From Gordius albopunctatus (Eukaryota): a stretch of 64,000 nucleotides of DNA. The translations under genes were made by a program, and so were the position numbers. Where the stretch lies: assembly GCA_964276515.1 (NCBI GenBank), contig OZ193909.1:12524001-12588000 (forward strand), given 5' to 3'. The notes beneath the pieces were generated by a model. It ran no database searches. It saw only the letters and a list, made by a program, of their open reading frames with translations, and was not told the DNA's origin. Below are positions 20,162 to 35,100 of this stretch, piece by piece (position 1 is the stretch's first letter; the number at the start of each line of letters is the position of its first letter).

Positions 20162-23100
20162 CTTTAGTTTATATATATAGATGTGTAAAACGGTGACATA
20201 ATGGCAAAGGGGGGGGGCCCTGAGGATTCCAAATTTTTATCTTTACCCGATATGGTCACTTTATCAAAATGACTCTTATTACTCTATTTCTATGAACTCT
20301 ATATTGTAATAGTAAATAATTGGCCGTGCTTTACAATCTATGGCAATAATTCAATGGCGAATAACTTGCGAAAAATAGTCAAAAGTAATAAAAATTTTAT
20401 TTAAAAATAGAATAATAATATTATTTATGGATGTTATGTACATGTAGCATGCAAAAATCAGTCAAAATCAAACAAAAATTTAACTATCGGTTGCTCCATC
20501 GTATTTTCCAACATGGTTAATTTCGGGTCAATATGACCCAGAGGTTTAAATTGCTGTAATTTACACTTATATTATTTGAACTCTTGCGCCCAATTTGACA
20601 CCATAAAGTCGATATTTTGACGACAGGTTAACGTTCTATGGATAAACAGATAAATATAAAGTTTTATTTCATTCTATAATTTATTTTCGTACTAAACTAT
20701 TATTCAATAAAATCTATATAAATAAGTTTTTATGTTAATATAAGGTTTAAAAGTGCCTAAAACGTAAGTGATGAGAGAAAATAGGCTAATTTTAATTTAC
20801 TCTTTTGAGCTATATTTACTAATTCTTCCTCAATTGAGATAACGGCTTTGGCTGGTTTTATTGACAAATCGATCCTAAAAATGACTTTTTCGGCCAACCC
20901 CTCAGGTTGCATAAAATTTGATGAGAATGTATAAAGTCTTTATATTCTTAATTTCCGAAAGTTTTAGCTCTTTTGGACCACTAAGTATCGAGTTGAGTTG
21001 TGGGCGTTCCAAGGGCAAAAATCAGTCTTTTAAGACATTTTCATAACGCTAAATTTGATCCCTACATAAAATCTTGTAATGACTGTGCGCATAAAATGGA
21101 TTTTGACAGTGGGAATTTTAAAAAAAATTACTTAACCGAAGAGACGGCCCGATTTACCACGGGTGGTGACTGCGAATCAAAAATAAGTGTTAACTCTAAT
21201 TTATATTTGCCTAAATTTTCCCATCTGTTTTAGCATGTGACTCCAAAATAATTAAACGCTTTTCGCTCTTATTAATTTTCTAGTGACCCTCTCTTCATAA
21301 TGCCCAACCCGGAATCGTTTTAAAATATTACATTAAAATAATAATTTGGTACTATTTTGAATATAATTGTACCATAAAATATTGTTTCTTGTATACTTAA
21401 CTTGTCGCCTTTCAAAAAACTGGAACGAATAAGTTAAAACCGATATATCTATTTTTCTCGAGTATTCGATCAAATTTTTTCTTTAGATGGCCATGAAGAT
21501 CAGACGAACCAATTTGAAAATGACTCCGCTATACAGATGGGGCCTGCCTTGTCGGACGCTTATCGCTTGTTTCAGGTGAGATTTTAAATTACATCAATTT
21601 CTATATATATACAAGCACGCGTGTAAATTGGGGCTATTTACTACTATATTGATAAAATAAATTTTGGATCAAAATTTCTTTAACATTAATTTAAAATGGA
21701 GGAATTTACAGACAATTATTGCTTAAAAAGATGAAGGCAATAATTTTACAAATTAAAAATAACTAATTCGACTAAAAATTGTGGTTATTTTAAAATACAC
21801 TTTCAAAGCAGTCGCGCAATTACTATGTTCATGTTGTATGCACCCACCTATAATTAAATTCAGGGATTCGAGTCGGACTTTTGAAAACAGCATTCATAAG
21901 TACACAGCAACCATATTGTAAAAAACCTCAATTATAACATAACATAATAGGTTACGAATAGATTCACATAGCAAAGTTTATAATTATAATCAGCAAGCTA
22001 ATCTATGAATGAAAAGTTAAATTGCCTGGGCTACATTCAACGCTGACATTTTCTTGGTCGAGCTGTTTTTCCAATTAATTGTAAGTGTAATTTTATGTAC
22101 AGGACTTGTGCCTATTAGCTCACGGGGACAAAACCGAATGGCTCAAAGAAATGCCCGTCGTGCCACGCACTTTCGCTTTAGAACTCGTGGAAACTATTCT
22201 CGACAAATTTAACCACACTTTTACATCTGTAAAATATTTTATTTTACATTATTCTACTACGTATTACTCAAAACATATTAATTCAGTTTTAGTTGTTAGG
22301 GAGTTAGCTTGTCTAACTGCATTAAAAATCCATAATTTCCTATTTTCCTATGCCTTCTACACAATACTTAATATATAGGTTTCGCTAACATAGTCTGTTC
22401 TTTTTTATGAAATTGTACGGAAAAAATTGTCCCATCCATTGAATAGTCATTTTTATTTTTACCCAAGCAAAGTTCAGAGAAACTGTTTAAAAAAGCAAGG
22501 CCAACAGGATTATTTTCCCAAATTAGAAAAGAAAAATTTGAATACATCATTTTTCGAACGTGTTTTTAAAGGAGCCGCAATTTTTCAAGCTGGTCAAAGA
22601 TAAGGTGTGCCCGTTGGTGATCAAACTATTTTCACCTAACGTGAAGTACGACCAAAACGAATCCACTCTAATGGCCACTGCGGGTGTAGCTGGGCACGGG
22701 GCCCCCTCTGTTTCTGGACAATCCAATGCCCCCTCGGATCGTACCTTGTTTCCCATTAATTTAAGATTGTTGCGCTTAGTGGGCACGCTAGTGAAACATT
22801 TTTACCAGCACTTGGTAAATACTTTTGAATTATTATCATTAGCACCTATGTATGATATATTGTAATTCTGTCAATATCATACATGTGAAGTATTGATTGA
22901 TCCTTTATTCGTGTATACGAGGATGCAAGGTTTACGTAGACGCAATGAGCCACGCGTATTTCAAACGAATAGATACTACAAAATAGTAGTGTTGGCGAAA
23001 GGGGTGCGGGTTTTGGTTGATTGACGGTTTGACCTTTAGTCTGTGTATGTTTAATGGGCTAAAACCAGAGGTCGAAAAACAAAACCCCCCCCCCCGGCCC

Positions 23101-26100
23101 TTTTACCAACACCGCTACAAGACGACTATGTTACGTATATACATTTGCTAATTTATAAGATATTTAGCCAAACCCTAATCCCGGGAATGCCTTTTTCACT
23201 CTGCCCCTTTATTTTAGGATCCCTTGATTACGAGACTACTTTATGCCCTTATCGTTGCGCCAAGATTTCATGCTTATTGCCTAATCATCTGCCCACTGTG
23301 TTTAATTAATTCATGCTGTTCCCTGGTTAAAACAATTAATCTTAAACTTACCCTTTCTTAAATTAGGCAACTGATTAAATGGTTTCGCATCATCTAAGGA
23401 GACTTAACATATAGATATTTTCCCGGCTTTTCGTTTAAATCATTTAATATTGACTTTCGAATACGTAATTTTTACCCAAATTTTTAATGTATGAAATATC
23501 ACCTTTTATGCCATTAAGATGGTTCATTTATTATATTAATAACAATCATAAATTTTGCACTTTATTGTCCGCTATTATGTAACAATTTAATTTCAGGTGA
23601 TGGAATGCGAAATTTTTTTGTCGATGCTGATTAAATTTATCGACCCCGAAAAGCCTGATTGGTTACGCGTTTTAACGCTCGAAACCTTGAACAAAATTGT
23701 CGTGCACCCTGCTATTCTTGGGTGATTTGCAACATTAATTTTTTGATTTGAAAGAAATCTCCTTGAGTTTTTGCCAATTAAATTTGTTTATTTATCAATG
23801 TTACTCTGTAGCGCCGTTTGCAAGAACTACGACATGAATCCTAACTCTTCCAAAATATTTTCTATGCTCGTAGAAGCTTTAGACAATGGCATACAATCCA
23901 AATTTTCTTCTAACAACAAGGGTCAGGAGACATCGCGTTCCAAACTCACCAATAATTCACAAGGTCAAAGCCATAGTTTAATTAATTTTTATTTTTAAAT
24001 AAATTTACATGCTAACTTACTAAGATTATTTGAATTGATTTTAATGCATTTTGGGAAAGTTTTAAGTTAAATAATCATTTTATCCTTTACAACATTACAC
24101 TTTGCCTTTCCCGGCTACACCCATGTGTTCATTTCGTGGGCGCTTTTGCAGTTGTTTACTTAAACATAATAAGCCATATCATGAAAAGATGTTTTTATTA
24201 TTAAAGATATTTTTTTATTAATTGTTTTTTAACCAAACTCCAACTAAATTTACTCAATTCAAATGCTTAAGCTATTTTCGCGAATCAAGTGCCATTGTAA
24301 AAATTATTTTAAGGGCAGATTTTTCATAAATAAAATTCAAAGGCCGATTGGGGTCTTAGCTTTAGCCATTTATGACTATACAGAAGACTTTGCCGCTCAT
24401 AGACAAATTTTTTGGTTAATTTATCGATATGTTTTATATATTATCATCACATTTCAGCCCCTGCCTCTAACCATCAAAATAACACGGGTTCAGCAACGAT
24501 GCAGCAAAGTCAAACCTCAAACCTGTCTTCTACCCCTTCTATCAGCTTTCAAGGAACTACAATGTCCTTGGCGTTTGCCATACACCCTCGCCACTGCAAG
24601 ATCGTCTAGTAAGAGCTACGAAGCCTTTATTTATTGTCCCACCCAACCAATCACGTTTAAAACTAATGACAAATAAAGGCGACCCAACTTTATTTAGTTC
24701 TAGACATTCCCTTTTATATTGCGATCCTTTACAATTATCATTTATTTGTGTTGGTCCTTTTATTTAAAACACTGAACACAAATGTAATAGAATCAACTTG
24801 AATTTTATCATTTAAATTAGCTAAAAAAATTAGCCACTTCAATAGAATAATTATGGAAACGGAAATAAAAATTTGATATCTTTAAAAAAACGATGCAAAA
24901 TATTATAAATGCATCTAGATTGAGAAGCCAGCAGGGGGATTAGGGGGGGGGGGCAATAATGATTCAGGGAAGGGCAACATAATCATTTTTTGAAATTATA
25001 GCCATAATTTTAATAAAATTTAACATATTTTTGGATTTAGAGGGGGGGCAGCTGCCCCTCCCTACCCCCCTTCTTGGCTATGCCCATGTATTATGTTCTT
25101 TAAAATTATTGTAGCTTGGAACTTTTGGATAAGATGGAAGCCCCGAACATTCCAGAAAGTTCTTCCTTTACCCTGCTCCTAGCCGATCTGGTAGACCTTA
25201 TCATTACCCTAGGTCAAATCATTAATCCATCAGAGAGTAATTTGGATCCATCCGATATAACAGCGACTTTGCAAACTGACCCTAAATCGAGTCAACTTTA
25301 CGGTGAGTTCTAAATTTATTGGCTTCTAGGAGCATGCCAAGGCGAAGACTTTTGGCTACAGTTTTAGTTAGGAAATAATTCTTTCTACCTATCATAAGAT
25401 AGAGGTATCAGAGCCCAGAAAAGGCCGGTGGGCTGGGCCCGGCAACAGTCATAAATTTTGAGTTTCGGGCAGGCCCGGGCACAATGACAAGATTAGGGCT
25501 TAGATTTTTCCATAGTGTATTAATTTGTTTTCCTGTTTATTGTCACCTTTTTATTTTATTGTATAATAATATAATTATTAATCTTAGTTCTCATCCAAAA
25601 AATCGAGAATCCTATTCGAAATTTTTTGAAATTTAACGAAATTACCACAATTTTAATAAAATCATCATTTAGGGCCAAGCAGTTTGGGCAGCTCTAAATG
25701 TTTTGGGCACTGCCAAACGGACCCTTTAAAGGGTCGGGTGGGTAATTTAGTATAAAATCGATTAAACAAGTCTGGCCTTTGATCGGTATTATCCAATTTA
25801 GGCAATTTTTCACCCATAATAAGCTATTCTTAGGAGCACTCCCTTCTCAACCACTTATATTAAAAAGTACGCAAAAAGTTACATGCTTTCTCTGATTTCG
25901 GAGGAGACTTATATGGAGTGAAATCATTTAACGTCTATATACCATTTATCGAATGATTACATTTATGTCCTTAGATATCGATTTGTGGGAAACTTTGATC
26001 GAATTATCTTGGTGCAACGTGTTATCCTCTCTCAACACCATTCTCGTCATGAGGTTTGACCCTTTATACTATTGCCCATTATTTGAAAGAACGAACGTTT

Positions 26101-29100
26101 TTGCATCAGCATTAACTCTTACATTTACATCTAAAATGTAAAAGGTCTTAGTCTTGAATCATATCTTTATTATCAATAGGTAGATATATATTTTTTATTT
26201 TACTTGGTGAGTCATATAAGTTGTTCAAACTATTTATGAATAAACTTAAGATTTGCGCTATAAAAAACTTGGGCGGGGGGGGGGAGTATTACCAAAATCG
26301 ATATGGGTAGAGGCTTGCCGGGGTTTCCCGAACTAAGTTTTGAAATGTGTCCAGGTTGGGTCGGGTTCGGGTTAAAACTAATATTTGAGTCGGTCGGGGG
26401 TTACAAAATATTTTTATTCTACTAGTTTGCTTATCTTATATAAATAGTGTATAAAGTTTGGAGTTGTTATAGTTCGTGCTTGACTCAAAATTTTAAGATT
26501 TATATATTTTAGAAGGGTGGAGAATCTATTCTTAAAAATATCCCAATTCTATTACCTTGTAAATTTCTGGTCATCTCTGCTTCTTCTTCTAGTAGCAAGA
26601 GGTCGTTTTCGACTGCTTGGCGAATTTTAGAAAAGAGAAGGGCTAATTTGGGACCGGAATTGTGGATGCAACAATATTTTACATAATTATCATTATAATC
26701 TTTTAAATAAATTTAAATCTGTGGCATCAATTTGTTCTTAAGCTGGCACTTCAATTTGTTAAATAACGTCCACACCACACTGCATTTTTTTGGTGGAAAA
26801 TCGAAACCGCTTTCGGGTCGGGTTTGGGTTATAAAAAGTTGAACGTTTTTAGGTCGGATTTGGTTCGGGTCGTAAAAAGTGATTTTGTAGGCTCCTAACG
26901 TGAATCAAAGACGATTAAATAAGTTCTACACCTTCTAATGATTTGTTTAAAAGAAAGTTTTATTTGAAAGGTACAAATTTTGAACCTTAAATACATCTGT
27001 TTAAAATTTAACTATATAATTAAAATCGAAGATTTTGTCGTTTAATTTTTTGCCCGCAACCTCCGTGGATCCCTTAATATTTTCGATTGAATTGCAGTGG
27101 GCACAATTATTCAAATAGCCCTTTCATTAGATATATGTTCCTTGGAAATATCTAGTGCCGGAAAACGATGTAAATTTGTTTAAAATCAACAAATAACTTT
27201 AAGTATAAAATTGGATAAAAGCCTATCTTATTAACTGCTTTATTCAATGTAACAACGCTTGCCATATCTGTAGTATTTCAGTTGTAAATTAATTATACGT
27301 TAAAATATATAGTGAGAGCGAGATTTTGAACGAAACGGTCACGAAAAATATGCAATATTACGCTTATTTGTGCGGTTTGCTCCGTTTGAAAGCGCAAAGA
27401 AATGCCTTTGTCACTTCACTGTGCAAAGAATCATTACCTGCTCAATACCCTCACGCTCAATCTTTATTGTGTCCATCTCCGAATGGTAATGTCATTTTAT
27501 CATTCTAATATACAATACATATGATGTCATGTTAAAAAAGAGATGGTGTTATAATATAACTCTCAACTTCAATAAATGTGTATTAAATTAAGGCATTTGA
27601 CTAAATTCATTTACTTAGTTTCTTTATAATTAAGCCAAAAATTGTGTTTTGATTTGACTAAAAGACTAATAAGCCTTCCTGGTATAACTAAATATTTATG
27701 ACTATCACTTTTTGGCTTAGTTTGTTGTTTTCAGAAGTGATTCCCATGATAAAAAGTAAAAATTTATCAGAGTCAGAAAACTATTACTTTAAAATCATGA
27801 TCGCATAGAGCAGTTTTCAAAAATTAAGCACTCACGATATACAACAAACTAATCTCAACATAAAACGTTGTCTTTTGTCAAAATGATAGTTCTCGCAGCT
27901 TAAAACTTCTTTTCGGGAGTCAATCAAGGATAATAGGATTCTCAAATTGGCTTACTTTAATATATTTTTTCAAGGTCTTTCACATAAAATAATTAAAAAA
28001 ATATTTTTTGAGGAAATTTTCACATTTTTTTCTTTCAATCGTATTCTGTAGATGAAAATTTAGATAACAACTAAATCATTAGCGCAACCTTTCAATTAAA
28101 CCAAAAATTTTTCCAGAACCCTGTGAATTGTATAAAATATCAAAGACCTTAATAAAACCAAATATGATTGTTTAGGCCTTTGTAAGGATTAGTTATATAA
28201 CAATTATAATTTCTAATATAAAAAATGGTTTATTATGTTTAACGCCACTTTCCTGCTCACTTCCATGCATTATAAAATTATATTTATAATGTTTTAACAT
28301 TTCTTAGATAAGATTGATGAGTTATCTTCTGCCAGTATTCAGGCCCAAAATTTGCCGTCTGGCGAAAACGTCCCTGCACCTAATCCAACATCGGTAAAAA
28401 AGCTCTAGCCTATATTACCGAGTTATATCCCAAAAATTTTGTTATTAGTTATTATAAATTCAATAAGGCATTTATTAAAATAATAAATAACCTTTATCTC
28501 ATATGCATTATAATCATAACATTGAAACGAGAATTAAAATCGATTGCGGTATGTTAAATAAATTGTGAAGCTATCTCGCTCGATTAGTATTTATGTGGCC
28601 ATAAAATTTTAAAAGAGCGAAAACCTTAAATGTCTTATATTCCTAGACTAAACTTATATTACTTTCAGGCCACATGCTAATAAATGTTATTTGTATATTT
28701 AGGCAAATTATTCTTAATTTGAAACTGCACTTAGATGGCACATTACCTAGAGTTAACAATTATTTTTGATTGGCGGTTTCACTCGTAATTATAGGATATT
28801 TTCACAATTTCCATTATTATGCTTTATTAAAACCGGGGATCGGGACTGAACTTTTAAATAGATATACTTTTGTTAGTTTTCTATAGATATATATATGATA
28901 AATATATAGCTCACCCCCAAGAATATCCATTGTATGCGAGCCTTGCTAAACCTGATTCACTGCTACGGTACCGTTTTGGAAGGTGTGTGGGACACCATAT
29001 TACCCACCCTACTAGTAAGTCATGGTATCTCATTGCAACCACTTTTTCCCGTTGAAACAATTATTTTGTTACTCCAAAAATTAACCCAAAAAATGTTGTT

Positions 29101-32100
29101 CCTTATAAGATTTGCTAAGAAATTTTAGTTTTTTCTCGGCGATTTTTGTGTTAAATACGATAATTTGCAAGCTTGGAAAGTTTGAGAGCAATGAAATGTT
29201 TTTAAATCCTTAATATAGTTTTTTATGTTCAAAGAAAGGATTTTATTTACACATACTATATGTTGCCCTAGTGAATTTTCGAATTTTATAGTGTTTCAAT
29301 ATTGTTTTTTCCATTTTTAAATCAAGGTTTAAACACTTTCTTTCCAAAAATTTAATCTATTTTTGGAAAAATGTAATTTTATACATAAGGACAAACAAAT
29401 GATGTATCTTTACTCATAGCATTTGGTGTGGCTGTTGGGACTTAAACCTGCGTCGTATCATGGTAGCAATTACAAGGTTATAGGAAACGACCATCCAAAT
29501 GAAAAGGCTCAACAAAATGCTGACCGAGTAAACCCGGGTATTAAAGTAGTATTAATACCCAATCAAGAAATCGAATCGTCTCCCGCTAATCAAAGTGGCA
29601 GAAATAACGATATTACCGTTATCCAAAATATGCTACTACGTCTGTTTGAAACGACAAAGTATTTTCTTCTGCCTTCATAATAGCGCGATGCGATGCGGAA
29701 AATGGGGGCATTAACTAGAAATGTTTCGTGTTGATAATAGGGAATTTTATATCACGTTAAATTTGTCCCATTGAGTCTATTATAGAAAAAGTTACACCAC
29801 CTTTAATTCATGTCCAACATTTTCGCATTGCGCTTATTAATGCCCCGCAGAGCCAATAAAAGCGAAGTGAATTTTTGGGCTAATTTATCAAACTCTTCAT
29901 TCTTTTCCTTAATATCTTTATATTCATCGTAAAATTTATCATATATCACGAAAATAAAAATTGTAACGCAGACGATTATTTTCGCCCTCGGCAAAAAGCG
30001 AACGAAAATAATATACGTAAATCATTTTGTACTTTTTGCGCGATGGTTAAAAAATTGAATTTGGTATGTATGTATTTTTATATAATCTTATATGTTTATA
30101 GAATAATCACGATCTTATCAATGATATCCGTGCAATACCATTGATATATGATAAATTTCACGATGTATATAAAGATATATTAATAAAAAGGATGAAGAGT
30201 TTGATAAACTAGCCCGAATATTCACTTCGCTTTTTTTCGATTCGCGCGTCATCACGAAGGCCGCCCCGTCAGTCGGGCATGCGTGCATAAATTAGGGGTT
30301 AACCTATTTCTTTATTTACAATCTATTATATGGCTAAATTTAAAATATGCCATATTATTATTAGGATTTTACTTTCTTTTACCTCCTATTTCCGTATGTT
30401 TGAGTTAGTCCTTTAGGCTTTCGCAAGGGTTTACACCCTTTAAGCTAGTTTCATTATTGTAGCTTTAATATATTTAGCATATGAGCTAAAACTTTCAAAA
30501 TTTAATAAAATATGCCAGCCCTATAAGCATCAAATAGCTTAAATTCCTTTGGTCTTAAATAGCGAATTAATATCATAAATAGATAATTAGGCCTATGTCA
30601 GTTTTTTAACTAATTTATTTCTGACTAAATTGATTATAAAATAATGACGCTTTCCTTTAGTCTACATTTTATGATGGTTTGAAATTTTTATATCACAGCA
30701 CATTCACAGACATTCAATTGCTGGATCTCCTACATTCATTGGTCAAACTCTCAACTCAGATGCTTCAATTTAAAGCCAATACCCCCGTATGCTCTACTCA
30801 AAACTATAATTATACTTTTATGTCAATTAATATTTAGTGTAAACCAGTCCCGTAACGCAAAGTTTTGCTATGCGACTCCAAACTAAAATTTTTATTTGCA
30901 ACAATAAATTTAGGTTTAATTGATTTAACTCACAAAACCCTTTCCTGTCTAACTACTAGTGTGTTATAACTTTATATGTTTTTATTGTAATGCTTAGATT
31001 TGCTAAAATTTATTTTTATTGATGTTTTTGCTTATGTAGGGGTATTGTAAAAGTGATATTGCCATACGTTTCTAAGTTATTATAATTAATAGGCTTGTTA
31101 GGTTGCAAAATTAGGGGTTAAAACTTCGTTTAATGACTAATTAAATCACCGTTCTTTTATTCGGTTTGATAGTTTAGGCGATAATTTATCCAAGTACAAT
31201 TAAGATCAAATTGGCCCAAATTAAATAAACGACTCTCACGTTACAAAAATTATCTGAAGAGAGTTAAAATTATAAGTTAAACTTTTGACTTTATTAAAAA
31301 TTAATAATAAAATTAGATATGGGCTTAAATTATAAAACTTTCTCACCGAATTTATAGTGGGATGCGAACCAATTTTTAAGCCAAAAACCTTGATCGTGGG
31401 CAAAGTTTTTAATACTAATAATTAATTAGTGCTTTCTCAATTGTAATATTTACCCAAGTGGTTAGTCGTTTTGCCATCTCAGCGCAAAATCTTAACTATA
31501 GCACTTTCAATGACCCATAAATAAATATTTAAAACTGTTTTGGGGGTACAATTATATATTAGGATTCGGGGCTGGCTCTCCTATTCCCTCTAGCCAAAAT
31601 ATCCGAAATTTGTCACGTCAATTTAGCCAGGCTAGGTGTATACTGGGACGCGATCGTGCATCAGCATTTGGGCCGTACCTTGGTATTGGAAGAACGGCAG
31701 ACCAATAATGTGATTCGCGAATTTGCCGGCACTATTATCTGCTCCTTGGTCAAGCACGGAGTGGAAAATTTTGTATTTTTTCACGACGTTAGCCCCGCGG
31801 AAAGAGAGCCTGGATTAGTGGTAATTTATTAATAGCTATAAATTGTTCGGAATTTTTTTTAAAATTATGTGTTTATGTTTAGAGAAAATAATTTGATGGA
31901 AAGCTTATATAAGCGTTTTTTGCTGAATTTGATGGTGAGTGCATAACTGTTGATCAGTAGCAAATGTTATTTGTTCGAGACCCCTGATATTTGAATTTAA
32001 GGCCCCTTTGCCGTTGTTAACTTGATTTTTAAATTACACTTGCAGGTATCTAAGGCATGTAGTTTTTTGTTACACGAAGATTTGTTGCTTTACCAATCGT

Positions 32101-35100
32101 TTAAACATTTTAGTTAATAAAGATAGTCAATATTTTTTAAACGATCAGCATAAACTATTATACTTCGTTTTCCAGTTTCTGTCAAATTATATAAAAAGTG
32201 ATTTATTTTTTATTTTTATATTTACAGAAACTTTACCCGTCGGCCGTATTGGCTCCCATGTTGGAAATAATATCGAAGGGCTCAAAGTACCCCGAAGCAC
32301 GTTTGGCGCAACTCAATACTTTGCACGGCCTTTTGAGGGATCGTAGTAGGTCCATCATTTTCACTAATACTCCGAATGAGCAAGAAAATGATGAGAATAT
32401 TTGCCTGTCACAACTCATTCAAACGTTAGGCTGTGTGCCGTCTTTGTCCGAAACTGGGGGTAACATAAAATTAAACTACTGTGTAACTATGCGAATGATT
32501 GCAAATATATATTTGATTTCAATTTTTATACATTTTTATTTAATCAAATACATATTTATAATTATGATGAATATCTATGTTTTTTTATAATTTAAGGTCA
32601 ATCCTTGAATTCTCTGTATTTTTCGATAATAATCTAAATTTTCCCGGAATGACTTGCAAGTGTATCTTTAACAATTCTAGTTGTCTCATAAATCAATCTT
32701 TCATAAATTTGGAAAAGACTTAGACTTTAACAAATACAGGTTAGGTTCTTTGCGGGGGGGCCTTTATAATTGATTAAAAATGGCATTTTTTGATTTTTTC
32801 TTGGAAATATTATCAATTTGTGAAGGAAATTTTTGATATAAATACATGTCATACCTAAATACAAAATTGATTCAATGACTTTTAACACACTTATGAATAG
32901 AGAATAGTTGGCTGGTGAAGGGCGATGATAAATCAGATATATCTACGAGCGCCAACAATAGCTTAGCCGTGGCCTTCCAATGCCTTCAACTCCTGATCAA
33001 CGATTTCCTACTCTACTTTTCCCCCTCCAACATCGAGCAATGTATCGGGGTCGTTCACAAATTTGCCGCACAAAATGATCACCTGAACATCAGTCTCACT
33101 TCCATAGGGCTCCTGGTAAATTTGTTTAGCAGCTAATAAAGATAGCCCACACAATGGACTGCTGAACGTAGGCGAATGAGATTATATAGCAAACAGCTGG
33201 ATTGCATAGATTTTAAGTCTGAAGCTACGTTGATTTAATTACTAAAAGTTCTTTTGAATACTATTGATATTGTAAAAATTTATAGTATTTTTAAAAACTA
33301 GTTAATTTATGCCATTAGATAAGCTTAGTTATCTAGAATAATTTCTATAGGCTCCCAAGCCTAAAAATAGGGACTGATAACCCCAAATCATTTTTATGAG
33401 ATAGTAAATGGGTATCATTATTTGTAAATACAATTCACTTGCAATATCTAAATGTTTTCCAAATATTTATAACACTTAACTTTTTTTATTTCGTTCATTT
33501 TCGCATAATATGTGTTTTTTGGCGAATAATAAACTTATTTATATAATAAATTCGGTGATTTCCTAGTGGAACATATCTGATTTCCTACACCAAAACAAGC
33601 CTAAAGCGATGATAACCCCAGAAAATAAGGAGACCGGCGAGGAGACATCAGCTGGAAATTTTCCCGACGTTATTTGGATGTGCTTGTACACTAAGATGGC
33701 TGCCCTGTGCTTGGATAGCCGATCTCCCGTTCGAAAAAGTGCTTGTCAAACTCTTTTTTCTACGGTAGACGCTCATGGTACCCTCATGAATGCCCACTCT
33801 TGGCAAACCTTTATTTGGGAAGTGAGTTAAATCTATTATTATTTGGAGCTCTTTGTTAAGAATATAAATTTTATGTGTTTGAAGGATAGGACTTATACCT
33901 TTTATTATTGAATAATAATCAAGTATTTTGTATATTTGCTATGATCAAATACTAGATAGAACCCTAGCACGGCAGCATCAACATTTATGCCTATGCCCTT
34001 TTCAATTTTATAAATCCGTGTAAATCCTATAAAAACTTACTAATTTTAAAAAATTTCGATACCTAATAGGAGTTTTATATTAATTCCTTAACGTAAGCCA
34101 TTATTCTCAATATAACAGTGTGGTAAGTAAAGGGTTATAAAAAGACCCTCTAATAAAATATGAAAAATATTACAATTCTCCTTTATGTTTGGCTAGGCCT
34201 TGTTTCCCCTGCTGAATCAAATCAGGATGAACACCATAATAGCTCCCAAAAATAAGGAATCATCGGGTGGGGATAAACAAGATATACTAATACATCATTC
34301 TCGCGATACTCAAGCCAAGCAATGGGCGGAAACGCAGGTGTTAGCGTTCGAAGGCATCGCCCGCATATTTTGCAATCAAACCACTTATCCCCTCCAACAA
34401 ATGGGTACACATTTTAAGGCAAAATTAATCGGCTAGCATGTGTGTTAGGGGTACAAAAATTGAGCCAATAAGATCGGATTAAATTAAATCTGTATTTATG
34501 TAAATGCATTCTATCAATGGCTAATGTCCGAAATAAATATATTTAAGAAAGGAATTCTTTGTCCAGCGGAGCATTGTTTGGGAACTATTTCAAACCCGAA
34601 CTCCACTCGATGTAAATATAACGTTAAATATGTTATACGAAATCGACTTCTAGTTTGGGTAGGGTTTTGTGTTTGCCAGATTTTTTGTCACTTTTTATAC
34701 TATAAGTAGAGTGCTTTTATTTTTCAACTCTAAATTATTAAAACTATGGTAAAACATTAATTATATGTGGAAAACAATTTATATAGCAAACATTAAAAAC
34801 ACCCGTGATTTCGGTTTAAATTGACAAATTCATAATTGCACCTAAAGATGCGGTGGGGGGATGTTCGCATATTTGTATGACGTTGCATACTTTATTTAGA
34901 CGATTTCGTCAACATGTGGACTTGGCTCCTGCAATACATACAAAAATGCGCCTTGAGCCCCTCTGGCGAAATATGCACGGCAGCTCTCAAATGCCTCCGC
35001 GAGTTTATAGACGTTAATCTTTCCCAAACTGCTCGCTCTCAATTGGAATGGTAATAAAGCATTTTTTCATAGTTATAATTATTCTTTGTACCATATTTTG

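Noticed and set aside
20185..21310. Possible additional TIR transposon in MON2 intron 3
   Set aside because: The termini match only weakly and I found no TSD or coding remnant
24263..24676. 137-aa ORF
   Set aside because: It overlaps a MON2 exon (24458-24608) in a different frame, and the MON2 frame explains the region
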